Made by a program: the position numbers and the translations under genes
Source of the DNA: an uncultured Bacillota bacterium
Lineage (GTDB): Bacteria > Sysuimicrobiota > Sysuimicrobiia > Sysuimicrobiales > Segetimicrobiaceae
Reading direction: 5' to 3'
DNA: 64,000 bases
NCBI GenBank assembly: GCA_963804645.1
Contig: CAWDRG010000004.1
Span: forward strand, 132,940 to 196,939
Shown here: piece by piece, positions 19,954 through 29,643 of the stretch
How the letters are laid out: the number at the start of each line of letters is the position of its first letter
Numbering within the stretch: position 1 is the first letter of the stretch
The notes under the pieces: generated by a model
Told to the model about the DNA's origin: nothing
The model's database searches: none
What the model saw: only the letters and a program-made list of their open reading frames with translations

Positions 19954-22080
19954 ATGTCGACGGCTCCATATCGGATCGGACTGGACATCGGCGGCACGTT
20001 CACGGATCTCGTGCTGATCCATCCGTCCGGGACCCTGCGCGGCCACAAGATCCTCACGACACCGCACGACCCTGCCGACGGGGCGCTGCGCGGCGTGCGC
20101 GAGCTGTGCGCGGCCGCCGGCATCACGCTCGGGGACGTCGGCGTCGTCATCCACGCCACCACGCTCGTGACCAACGCGATCATCGAGCGTACCGGGGCGC
20201 GCACGGCGATGCTGTGTACCGACGGCTTCCGCGACATCTTGGAGATGGGCCGCGAGCAGCGCTACGATATCTACGACTTGTTTCTCCCGTACCCGGAGCC
20301 GGCGGCGCCCCGCCGCTGGCGCGTCGAAGTGCGCGAGCGCATCACCCGGGACGGCGACGTGCGCGTCCCGCTCGACCTGGACGGCCTCAGGACACAGGTG
20401 TCCCGGCTGGTCGCGCAGGGGGTCGAGGCGATCGCGGTGTGCTTCCTGCACGCCTACAAGAATCCCGCGCACGAGCGCGCCGCGAAGGCGCTGATCGAGG
20501 CGGAGTTCCCGGACATTGCGGTGTCGATCAGCAGCGAGGTCAGCCCCGAAATCCGCGAGTACGAGCGCGCGACGACGACGGCCCTGAACGCGTACGTGCA
20601 GCCGCTGCTGGCCCGCTACCTGGCCCACCTCGAGACCGCGCTCGCCGCCGGCGGCTTCGCCGGACAGTTTCTGCTGATGCTCTCCTCCGGGACGCTCACG
20701 ACGGTGGAGGTGGCGCGCCGCTTTCCGGTGCGGCTGCTGGAGTCCGGCCCGGCCGCGGGGGCGCTCGTCGCGGGCTACCTCGGGGCGCGGATCGGCCGCC
20801 CGGACCTCGTCGCGTTTGACATGGGGGGCACCACCGCCAAGATCTCGCTCGTGCAGGACGGGCGGCCGCGCATCACCCCGATGATCGAGGTCGCGCGCAC
20901 GCACCGGTTCAAGCCGGGCTCGGGCCTCCCGGTGCGGTCCACCGTCGTCGACATGATCGAGATCGGAGCGGGCGGCGGCTCGATCGCGGACGTGGGGACG
21001 CTCGGGCAGTTGCGTGTCGGGCCGCAGAGCGCCGGCGCGGATCCGGGTCCGGCCTGCTACCGGCTGGGGGGGACGAGGGCGACGGTCACCGACGCGTGCG
21101 TGGTGCTGGGCTACTTCGACCCGCAGGCGTTCCTCGGCGGTACCATGCCGCTCGATGCGACGGCGGCGCGCGACGCGGTGGCGCGCGCGGGCGAGCCGCT
21201 CGGGCTGGACGTCGTCGGGACCGCGTGGGGCATGTTCTTGATCGTTTGCGAGAATATGGCGCAGGCGGCGCGGCTGTACCTGATCGAACGCGGGCAGGAC
21301 CCGCGGCGGTTCGCCCTGATGGGATTCGGCGGGGCCGGCCCGGCGACCGCGGCGCGCGTGGGCCGGCTGCTCGGGATGTCGGAGGTGCTCATCCCTCCAG
21401 CCTCCGGCCTCGCGTCGGCCCTCGGCCTGCTGGTCGCGCCGCCCGGGTTCGACTTCGGCCAGTCGCTCGCCGGAGGCCTCGAGGACCTCGACTATCCGGC
21501 GGTGGAGGCCCTGCTGGCCGAGATGGAAACGCGGGGCCGGGAGATGGCGGTCGCGGCGGGCGCACCGCCGCACGCGATCCGCCAGGAGCGCCGCGCCGAG
21601 ATGCGCTACGCGGGGCAGTTCCAGGACATCGAGATCCCGGTCCCCCGGCCGCTCGCTCAGGACGCCGCGGCGCGGCTGAAGGCGAACTTTGACCGCGGCT
21701 ACACAGCGTCGTATGGTCTGTCCCTCGAGGGATATCCGGTGGAGGCGCTGAACTGGCGGGTGCTCGTCATGGGCCCCGCGCCGAACGTGGACCTGCGCGC
21801 CGGCTTCGGGCCGAGCGGCGGCGCCGATGTCCCGAAGGGACGGCGGCGGATCTACCTGCCGGACACGCGGGAGTTCGCCGAGGTGCCAGTGTACGATCGC
21901 GCCCGGCTGCACGCCCGGAGTGCCGTGGACGGCCCCGTGATCGTCCAGGAGCCCGAGGCGACGACCGTGGTGTGGCCGGGTGACCGGCTCACCGTCGACC
22001 CGCACGGAAATCTCGTCATTCGCATCGGCGGCACCGCCGGGGCTCCCCCGGGGGCGCCGGGACCGGAGGCGCCTCGATGA
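19954..22080 (+). CDS. hydantoinase/5-oxoprolinase subunit A (second, divergent copy)
   Basis: DIGGTFTD, EIREYER, ESGPAAG, DMGGTTAK and GAGGGS motifs. Confidence 0.95.
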   Translation: MSTAPYRIGLDIGGTFTDLVLIHPSGTLRGHKILTTPHDPADGALRGVRELCAAAGITLGDVGVVIHATTLVTNAIIERTGARTAMLCTDGFRDILEMGREQRYDIYDLFLPYPEPAAPRRWRVEVRERITRDGDVRVPLDLDGLRTQVSRLVAQGVEAIAVCFLHAYKNPAHERAAKALIEAEFPDIAVSISSEVSPEIREYERATTTALNAYVQPLLARYLAHLETALAAGGFAGQFLLMLSSGTLTTVEVARRFPVRLLESGPAAGALVAGYLGARIGRPDLVAFDMGGTTAKISLVQDGRPRITPMIEVARTHRFKPGSGLPVRSTVVDMIEIGAGGGSIADVGTLGQLRVGPQSAGADPGPACYRLGGTRATVTDACVVLGYFDPQAFLGGTMPLDATAARDAVARAGEPLGLDVVGTAWGMFLIVCENMAQAARLYLIERGQDPRRFALMGFGGAGPATAARVGRLLGMSEVLIPPASGLASALGLLVAPPGFDFGQSLAGGLEDLDYPAVEALLAEMETRGREMAVAAGAPPHAIRQERRAEMRYAGQFQDIEIPVPRPLAQDAAARLKANFDRGYTASYGLSLEGYPVEALNWRVLVMGPAPNVDLRAGFGPSGGADVPKGRRRIYLPDTREFAEVPVYDRARLHARSAVDGPVIVQEPEATTVVWPGDRLTVDPHGNLVIRIGGTAGAPPGAPGPEAPR

Positions 22081-23960
22081 CCGCGTTCGACCCGGTGTCG
22101 CTCGAGATCATGTGGAGCCGGCTCATCAACATCGTCGAGGAGTGCTGGGTCACGCTGTGGCGGACGTCGTTCTCCACGATCATCGGCGAGGTTAACGACT
22201 TCGGGTGCCAGCTGATGGACGCCCGTGGGAACTCCATCGTGCACTCGCCGCGCTCGATGCCGGTGTTCAACCTCGTGATGCCGGGCATGGCCAAGATGCT
22301 GCTGGGTGTCTTCCCGCCGGAGACGATGTGCGACGGGGACGTGTTCATCTGCAACGACCCGTGGGTTGGCCCCGGCCACCTCTTCGATATCGCCGTCGTG
22401 ACGCCGGCGTTCCGAGCGGGACGGCTCGCCGCGCTGGTGGGGTCGATGGCGCACTGCTCCGACATCGGCGGGACTAAGGACTCGGGGCAGGCGCGCGAGA
22501 TCTACGACGAGGGCCTGCAGATCCCGCCGCTCCGGTTGTACCGCGCCGGGCAGCTGAACGAGGACCTCACGCAGCTGATCGGCCGGAACGTCCGCAACCC
22601 CGCGATGGTGCTGGGGGACATCCAAGCTCAGGTCAGCAGCAACCGCGTGGGCGCGCGGCGGCTGCCCGAGTTCATGGACGAGTATGGGCTCGCCTCGCTC
22701 GCGCCGCTCGCCCACGAGGTGCAGACTCGGTCCGAACGGGCGATGCGGCAGGCCATCGCGGCGATTCCGGACGGGGTCTACCGCAGCGAGGTCGACGTCC
22801 CCGTCGCGGGCGAGCGCCTGCGGCTCCCCTGCGCCGTGCGCGTCGAGGGCGACGACCTGACCGTCGATTTCGAGGGCGCGCCGCCCCAGGCGCCGCGGGG
22901 AGCGGTGAACTGCACCCTGACCTACACCACCGCCCACAGCGTCTATGCGGTGAAATCGATCCTGACGCCCGAGACGCCGTCGAACGCCGACTGCTTCGGC
23001 CCGCTGCACGTGCGCGCACCCGAGGGCAGCATTCTGAACTGCCGGTATCCGGCCGCCGTGAACCAGCGGACGATGGTGGGTTGGTTCTGCGGGCCGGCGG
23101 TGTTTCGGGCGCTCGCGCCGGTGCTGCCGCGCAGGGTCCAGGCGTTCACCGGGCTGCCCGCGGTGTTCAGCGCGTACGGGCGGGACCGCGCCGGCCGGGT
23201 CTTCAACAGCCACTACATGTTCGGGGGCGGCCAGGGCGCGAGCCACCACGGCGACGGCCGCTCCGCCTGGATGTACCCGACCTCGGCGTGCAACGCGGCC
23301 GTCGAGGTGTTCGAGCAGCGCACACCGGTCCTGATCGAACGGAAGGATCTGATCCCGGATTCGGGTGGCGACGGACACCACCGCGGCGGAGCTGGGCAGC
23401 GGATGGTGATCCGAAAACTGTACAACGACGGCCTCTCGGTGTTCCTGAATGTGCTGCCCCACGCGACCGGGTGGGGCATGCAGGGGCTGCTCGGGGGCGG
23501 TGCCGGCCGCGACGGGGGCTGCTACCGGAACGAGATCCCGGTGGACGCGAAACTCGGGATGAGTGTGTTCTTGGAGCTGCGGGACCCGAAGGATACGGTC
23601 GCGGTGGAGGCGAGCGGAGGCAGCGGCTACGGGGACCCAACAACGCGTCCCCTTGACCTCATCCGGCGGGACCGTGAAGAAGGATACGTGCAGGCACCGG
23701 AGGCGTCCGGGAGCGCCGCCGAGCCGGTGCTGTCGGCGAGTACGAAGGGACGGGCTGCGCGCACGGCCGCCGACTCAGACCCGCGAAGACGAACGCCTCC
23801 AGACGAATGCGGCGGTCGGGGCGCTGATCCGGAATCGCCCGGACACGGGGGGACGCACTCCGCGCTAGAGAACGAAACAAACCAGTGTACGATGCCACCC
23901 GGCGTGCAGGGCGCGCGGGTGTGCGAGCGCGTCCCACACCGGGGCGCCCGCCCACGGTGA
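22077..23960 (+). CDS. hydantoinase B/5-oxoprolinase subunit B (second copy); last ~90 aa probably non-homologous read-through
   Basis: DPVSLEIMW, NDPW, HLFD, HCSDIGG, EGLQIPP and SGGSGYGDP motifs; recognisable homology ends near DREEGYV (~23690). Confidence 0.9.
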   Translation: MTAFDPVSLEIMWSRLINIVEECWVTLWRTSFSTIIGEVNDFGCQLMDARGNSIVHSPRSMPVFNLVMPGMAKMLLGVFPPETMCDGDVFICNDPWVGPGHLFDIAVVTPAFRAGRLAALVGSMAHCSDIGGTKDSGQAREIYDEGLQIPPLRLYRAGQLNEDLTQLIGRNVRNPAMVLGDIQAQVSSNRVGARRLPEFMDEYGLASLAPLAHEVQTRSERAMRQAIAAIPDGVYRSEVDVPVAGERLRLPCAVRVEGDDLTVDFEGAPPQAPRGAVNCTLTYTTAHSVYAVKSILTPETPSNADCFGPLHVRAPEGSILNCRYPAAVNQRTMVGWFCGPAVFRALAPVLPRRVQAFTGLPAVFSAYGRDRAGRVFNSHYMFGGGQGASHHGDGRSAWMYPTSACNAAVEVFEQRTPVLIERKDLIPDSGGDGHHRGGAGQRMVIRKLYNDGLSVFLNVLPHATGWGMQGLLGGGAGRDGGCYRNEIPVDAKLGMSVFLELRDPKDTVAVEASGGSGYGDPTTRPLDLIRRDREEGYVQAPEASGSAAEPVLSASTKGRAARTAADSDPRRRTPPDECGGRGADPESPGHGGTHSALENETNQCTMPPGVQGARVCERVPHRGARPR

Positions 23961-24420
23961 CGGGCCGCAGCGGCAGACGCTCACCCGCTGGATCCTCCGC
24001 GGCCCACAGGCATTCGGCTATCCCACGGCCCTCTGGACCTGTCGTCGGATCATGCAACTCATTCGGGACCGCTTCCACGTCGTGTATCATCCGGATCATG
24101 TGGCCCGGCTCCTCCGAGCCTGCGGGTTCACCCCACAACGCCCCCAACGTACGGCCAAGGAGCGCGTCGATCAACGGATTCGGTTCTGGCTCCAGCACGA
24201 CTGGGTCCAGGCTAAAAGACTTTCCCGGCTCCGCGCGCGACTGATCTGCTTGGATGAAACGGGCTTCTTGATGGCGCCGCTGCTCCGCCGCACGTGGGTG
24301 CTCCGTGGAAACACCCCCATGTTGCCGCTCCGGACGCGCGCCCACGAGAAGGTCTCCGCGATCGGCGCGCTCGTGGCCTCGCCCCGCCGCCAGATCACCT
24401 CGTGTCTGGCCCTTGATCCC
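23885..24420 (+). pseudogene. IS630-family transposase remnant
   Basis: PTPGRPP, GPQAFGY..LWT, YHPDHVARLL..GFTPQRP..KER and LDETGF...RRTW motifs; frameshifted and truncated. Confidence 0.85.
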
Positions 24421-24539
24421 GGTTTATACAGTATTCAATAACATCCGCGAGCACGGTTGCGGACCTTACGACACGCGAAAACCAGCCAAGGTTCGTCTCG
24501 TAAATCCGAAGCGTCGCTGCTGAACATCCGTGTTGTTGG

Positions 24540-25062
24540 TTGGATCTTCCGAGGCTGGACTGGCGTCGTGGCCCATGCGTCGCAATCCGCCGACAGCGAC
24601 GCGAAGGGCCTCCCGATGACCAAGGCCGAACCGAAGCGCGTGAAGCTCGCGCTCTATCAAGCTGCGGCGATTGCCCGGCAATGGGATCCGCAACTGGCCA
24701 AGGTCTACTACGATCAGATGGTTCACAGAGGTAATTCACATTACAAAGCGGTGGGTGCCGTGATGAGCCATCTCGCCTCACGTATTCACGCAGTGCTCAG
24801 TGAACAGCGCGACTACGCTTTAAAGGATGTCGACTGGCGCGAGGTCAGCGTGCGCGACGCGCGGGCCATCATCCTGACACAGTACCAGGTGCCTGAGGAG
24901 ATCCGGGCTGCGCGCCGAGCAAGCAGAGGGCGGAAGAGATCGGCAGCTGCTCATCGAGGCAGCTCAGAGCGCCTCTTACGGCGATCGCCCACTTTCTCCC
25001 GCGCACATTCTGCTCGGCCCCAGGAGGTGGATCAAACCGGACCGGTGACGATCGCGCGCTGA
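24540..25062 (+). pseudogene. IS110-family transposase C-terminal remnant
   Basis: FRGWTG..ASQS..KGLPMTKA, LYQAA..ARQWDPQLA..YY and H.KAVGAV motifs; TTGACATGCATTAGGA end-like motif near 25105-25120. Confidence 0.8.
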
Positions 25063-25227
25063 TGACGTCATCTGAACGACCAAAATTGGTCCTGGGGGGT
25101 TGTTGACATGCATTAGGAAATGTATCTTAGATATGGAGCGTCCTCTTCAGCACGGTTTATGGACTTGTCCGCAAACAATCCATTCACCATGCCGGGGGCC
25201 GCTCTCCTATTTCTCGACCGACTCTAA

Positions 25228-26023
25228 GTGCAGCCCGCAACACCATGCACCCAGCCGGTGAGAGTCCGGTCCGGGGAGTTGCCCATCTTGCCCCGGTAGC
25301 GTTGCCCGGCGTCTTGAGGAGGTGACTCACAAGGCGAAAGCCCGGGCGTACAGGTCTCGGAGGCCCAGCAGCGATGCTGAGGTCGGTGGCCCAGGAGGCT
25401 TGCGACGGATGGGGCCGCAACATAACGGAATCACTGCAGCGCCGTAACGTTGACCCCACTTAGAGCTCCGAAGATGGAGTGCTCAGCGCCACGGTGGGGA
25501 GAGAAGGTGCCAAGCCCCTTTAGAGTGGGCGATGGCCGATGCAGAGGCGGAAGAAGGTGGGCAAACGCACGCTTCTGACCTTCCGGCGTAGGGGTGGCGG
25601 CAACATTCGAAGGGTGGATGGTCAAAGCGGGGAAGGTCTTCCGCTCGTGAGGCCGGCGCTATAACCGGAGACGGGAAATGCGCGGGTGAGCGAAAGACTG
25701 GCGCATGGGGTCGTAGGAGCAATGATGGCGGTAACAACACACCGCCGGAGCAAAGGGCCCCTGGGAGCAGGGGCGATGAGGGGACACACGGCCGGCACAC
25801 AGAGGCTGGGGTTCCGTGACTACAGGATCTCATCGCGGTAGGCGGGAGCAAACTGGTTGTTGCCTTGGGTCAGTCCAAGGATGACGAGGAAGGCTGCCGT
25901 TGAGGACCTGCTCTTCCAACCGGATTCGGGAAAACCGACCGTCCGGGATGAGGGTGGAGCGGGGAGGAAACGTGATCAGGCTCCTTGACGGTAACCTGAC
26001 GGCGCGCCTCCTCGCTACCCGAC
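25228..26023 (+). ncRNA. ORF-less group II intron (about 796 nt, class E/F-like)
   Basis: 5' GTGCA...TGCACC..GCCGGTGAGAGTCCGG; DIII-like GTCGTAGGAGCAATGA...GGAGCAAAGGGCCC; DV AACCGGATTCGGGAAAACCGACCGTCCGGGATG (25918-25950); DVI ending CTACCCGAC; short DIV with no RT. Confidence 0.8.
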
Positions 26024-26115
26024 CACATACTCGGGCAGACGGTCGCATTGCTGAAGTAGTCTCGACACGCTCCGCATCCAGCCCCGGGCACCGGCGCCGC
26101 GCGTGCGCGGACGCG

Positions 26116-27381
26116 GTGACCCACATCCTCGGCGGTCGTCCCGCTCTCCGCCCCATCCTCTTCTCGGTCGGCGCACTCGCGGTGGTCGGCGGCGGTGTCC
26201 TGTGGGCGTTCCCTGGGCAGCGGCCCGAGTTTACGGTGGGCCTGATCGTCGTGTTTGCGCTCGCGGCGTGGTTCCACCCTGTTGTCGACGGGGTGGTGAG
26301 CCCCTATCTGCCGCTGGTGCTTGTGACGGTGTTGTTCTGGCGTCCGGCCGAAGTGTTGCTCGGCGTTGGGCTCGGCACGCTGATCGGTGTCGTGGGGCAG
26401 GGCCAGCCAGTGGGGCGCGCCGCGCCGATCGCGCTGGCGTCTGCCGCACCAGCGACCGTCGCATCGGCCGCGGTCGTCCTGCTCGCGGCGCACCTCCCCA
26501 CGGTCGACCCCGTCATCGCCGTGATGCTCGGGCTCGTGCCGGCCGCGGTGATCTACCGGATGCTGCACACCGCGCTCGTGCTCAGGATGCGGCGCGAGCG
26601 GTTCGAGGCGGGGTTCCTCAACGACTGGCGCGCGGCCCTGACCGCGAATCCGTCGGGACAGGGGACCGGACTGCTGCTCGGGGCGCTCCTTGCTGGTATT
26701 GCGCAGATTCACAACGACAGCCTCAATCTGATGGTGGCTGCCGTCGCGGCGTTGGCCTTACCGCTGGCGCGGCAGACCATGCTCGCCTACCAACGCAACC
26801 GCGAGATGCTCGAGGAGCGGGTTGCGGCCACGATTGCCCGCCTCGACGCCGCCAACCCGGGGGCGCGCGCGCATGCGGAGCGGGTGAGCGCGCTGGCCGT
26901 CGCGACGGGCCGGCGCCTGGACATGCCCGACCAGGCGCTCGAGCTCCTTCGCGTGGCGGCATGGCTGCACGACGTCAACATCCTGACCGATCCGCGCGAG
27001 GCCGTCACCGTCCCCGCGGCGACAGCGGCCGCGACGTCGTGGGAGACGCCCAGAACTGTGCGGTGGCTGAAGTCGCACCCGATCAGCGAGCTTCCCAACG
27101 CCGATATTGCGACGCTCATCGGCATGTACAAGGAACGCTGGATCGATCGACCCACAGCAACGCCGGAGCGGCCGGATCTCGCGCTGGCCGCGAGCATTCT
27201 GTATGCGGCCGAACTGTACGATACCACCCGCTCCGGCCTGCGCCCCCTGCCGCGACCGATCCCAGTTGCGCACCTGGAACGGCTCATGACCGCGCACGCC
27301 GGTTCTACGCTCGACCCGGTGGTCGTGCCGGCCCTGCTGGACGCGGCGCACGATCTGGCGGAATCCGGGACCAGCCGATGA
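26116..27381 (+). CDS. membrane protein with degenerate HD-GYP-like domain (type A, copy 1)
   Basis: Multiple TM helices, then HAERV, WLHD, SHP, KERW, ELYD and AGSTLDP.VV motifs; start codon uncertain. Confidence 0.8.
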   Translation: MTHILGGRPALRPILFSVGALAVVGGGVLWAFPGQRPEFTVGLIVVFALAAWFHPVVDGVVSPYLPLVLVTVLFWRPAEVLLGVGLGTLIGVVGQGQPVGRAAPIALASAAPATVASAAVVLLAAHLPTVDPVIAVMLGLVPAAVIYRMLHTALVLRMRRERFEAGFLNDWRAALTANPSGQGTGLLLGALLAGIAQIHNDSLNLMVAAVAALALPLARQTMLAYQRNREMLEERVAATIARLDAANPGARAHAERVSALAVATGRRLDMPDQALELLRVAAWLHDVNILTDPREAVTVPAATAAATSWETPRTVRWLKSHPISELPNADIATLIGMYKERWIDRPTATPERPDLALAASILYAAELYDTTRSGLRPLPRPIPVAHLERLMTAHAGSTLDPVVVPALLDAAHDLAESGTSR

Positions 27382-28358
27382 GCGCGCGATCAGCACTGGC
27401 TCGGCTGGCGACCGCAGGGCGGTGGCGCAACCCCATCCACCATTGCTGGCGAGACCTCCCGGTGCGGCATCGCGCCATGGTGTGCCTGTGGGGCGGGCTC
27501 TACGTCCTTGCGCTTGTGTGGGCGGTACCCAAGTGCTCCCTGGCCGGGGTCGTACCGCTCCTCGTCGTGCTGGCGGCGGCGGGTCTGGACCGTGGGTATC
27601 CCAATCCGATCGGAGCGCGGGTGCACGAGGCCGGGTACGGTGTTCGCATGGTCGCGATGCTGATTTGCCCGCCTGAAGCGCTGCTGATCGGTGGCCTCGG
27701 GAGCAACAGCCGTGTCGTGAGGACCGGCCGGATCTGGGCCACGGTGGATGATACGGCACGCTGGGCGCTGGCGATGGCGACGGCCTCCGCCGCACGGATC
27801 TGGCTCGTCGGACATGCCGGGCCGGTTCCCATGCTGGCCTTCGTCATCTCCGTGATCGGTTCGATGGCCGTGTATGCAGGCGCTGACACAGTGACCGGCT
27901 CTCTCATGCGTGCCTTCCGGTTCCAACGACCGCTCTCCACGGTGTGGCCGCTCTATTGGCGGATCCACTGGCCGACCAACCTGACACACCTGCCGCTCGT
28001 GGCCGCGCTTGCGGCGCTCGCGCTCCCGATTGAGAACCTGTGGCTCCGCATGGCGCTCCCGGCCGCGTATCTGCTGGTGATGTGGGCGCCACCGGATCCA
28101 CGGACCGAGCGGTCCTTCGGGACCTACTGGACCCGACCGGCGGGTCTTCAGCGGCTGTGGATGTCGACCGGCGCGAACGTGCTCGATGCGGCCGACACCT
28201 GTGAACACCTCCGTACCAGGACCGCCGGACGCGGTGAGCCGTGGCCGGTCACCGCTCAAACGCTCGAGGCGCTCGCCGGCGATGGGCTGGCGCCGGACGC
28301 CGTGCAGGCGCTGGTGCGCGCGGTGCGGCATGATGAGCACGAGATGAGCCGTGTTTAG
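27378..28358 (+). CDS. membrane protein with only the C-terminal helices of an HD-GYP-like domain (type B, copy 1)
   Basis: ATGA overlap with type A; TM-rich; ends GANVLDAADTCEHL...LAGDGLAPDAVQAL. Confidence 0.7.
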   Translation: MSARSALARLATAGRWRNPIHHCWRDLPVRHRAMVCLWGGLYVLALVWAVPKCSLAGVVPLLVVLAAAGLDRGYPNPIGARVHEAGYGVRMVAMLICPPEALLIGGLGSNSRVVRTGRIWATVDDTARWALAMATASAARIWLVGHAGPVPMLAFVISVIGSMAVYAGADTVTGSLMRAFRFQRPLSTVWPLYWRIHWPTNLTHLPLVAALAALALPIENLWLRMALPAAYLLVMWAPPDPRTERSFGTYWTRPAGLQRLWMSTGANVLDAADTCEHLRTRTAGRGEPWPVTAQTLEALAGDGLAPDAVQALVRAVRHDEHEMSRV

Positions 28359-29643
28359 GCCGTTGCTGGACGGGGTCGCGCCCACGTCCCGCGAGCGCTG
28401 GGGGGACCTCCCGGTGGGGGCTCGCGCCGTGCTCTGCCTGTGGGGCGGACTCTATGTGATCGCGCTCCTGTGGGCGTTCCCTGCGCAGCGGCCCGAGTTT
28501 ACAGTGGGCCTGATCGCCGTGTTTGCGCTCGCCGCGTTGTTCCACCCTGTCGTCGACGAGGTCGTGAGCCCCTATCTCCCGCTCGTGCTCGTGACGGTGC
28601 TGCTCTGGCGCCCCGCCGAGGTGTTTCTCGGCGTCGGCGTCGGGACGCTGGTCGGCGTTCTCGTACAGCGCCAGCCGGTGTGGCGCGTCGTCCCGATCGC
28701 GCTGGCGTCCGCCGCACCGGCGACCGTCGCCTCGGCCGTGGTCGTTCTGCTCACCGTACACCTCCCTGCGGTCGACCCCGTCATTGCCGTGATGCTCGGG
28801 CTCGTGCCGGCCGCGGTAGTCTACCGGATGCTGCACACTGCGCTCGTGCTCACCATGCGGCGCGAGCGTGTCGGTGCGGGCTTCCTCACCGACTGGCGTG
28901 ACGCGCTGACCGCGAATCCATCGGGGCAGGGGACCGGGCTGCTCCTGGGGGCGCTGCTCGCGAGCATTGCGGTGCAGGTTCGCACTAACAGCCTGGATCT
29001 CATGGTCGCTGCCGGCGTGGCGTTGGCCGTGCCGCTGGCGCGGCAGGAACTGCTCGCCTACTCTCACAGTCGCCACGCCTTGGAGGCGAAAGTCGCGGCC
29101 ACGATCGCCCGCCTCGAGGCCGCCAACCCCGGGGCGCGCGCGCACGCGGAGCGGGTGAGCGTGCTGGCCGTCGCGACGGGCCGACGTCTGGGCATGCCCG
29201 ACCAGGCGCTCGAGATCCTGCGCGTGGCGGCGTGGCTCCACGACATCAACAGCCTCACCGACCCGCACGAGGCCGTCGCCGCCACAGGGGACGCGACGTC
29301 GTGGGAAACCCCTAGAACCGTGCGGTGGCTGAAGGCGCACCCGGTGCGCGAGCTCCCTCACGCCGACATCGCCATGCTCATCGACATGTACAAGGAACGC
29401 TGGATCGATCGATCCACTGCCGGGCCAGCGCGCCCGGATCTCGCGCTGGCCGCGAGCATTCTGCATGCGGCCGAGCTGTACGATACCACCCGTTCCGGCC
29501 TGCGCCCTCTGCCGCGACCGATTCCAGTGGAGCGCCTGGAACGGCTCATGACCGCGCACGCCGGTTCGACGCTCGATCCGGTGGTCGTGCCGGCCCTGCT
29601 GGACGCGGCGCACGATCTGGCGGCGTCCGGGACCAGCCGATGA
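28351..29643 (+). CDS. membrane protein with degenerate HD-GYP-like domain (type A, copy 2)
   Basis: Close paralogue of 26116-27381 over most of its length. Confidence 0.8.
   Translation: MFRPLLDGVAPTSRERWGDLPVGARAVLCLWGGLYVIALLWAFPAQRPEFTVGLIAVFALAALFHPVVDEVVSPYLPLVLVTVLLWRPAEVFLGVGVGTLVGVLVQRQPVWRVVPIALASAAPATVASAVVVLLTVHLPAVDPVIAVMLGLVPAAVVYRMLHTALVLTMRRERVGAGFLTDWRDALTANPSGQGTGLLLGALLASIAVQVRTNSLDLMVAAGVALAVPLARQELLAYSHSRHALEAKVAATIARLEAANPGARAHAERVSVLAVATGRRLGMPDQALEILRVAAWLHDINSLTDPHEAVAATGDATSWETPRTVRWLKAHPVRELPHADIAMLIDMYKERWIDRSTAGPARPDLALAASILHAAELYDTTRSGLRPLPRPIPVERLERLMTAHAGSTLDPVVVPALLDAAHDLAASGTSR

Noticed and set aside
19558..22005. Long antisense ORFs (e.g. 815 aa here; also 14070-15974, 51193-53052, 62056-63915)
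   Set aside because: Shadow frames of well-supported genes in high-GC DNA; Arg/Ala/Gly-rich with no motifs.
25900..26115. N-terminal extension of the 493-aa ORF
   Set aside because: It overlaps intron domains V-VI and has no counterpart in the paralogue at 28351.
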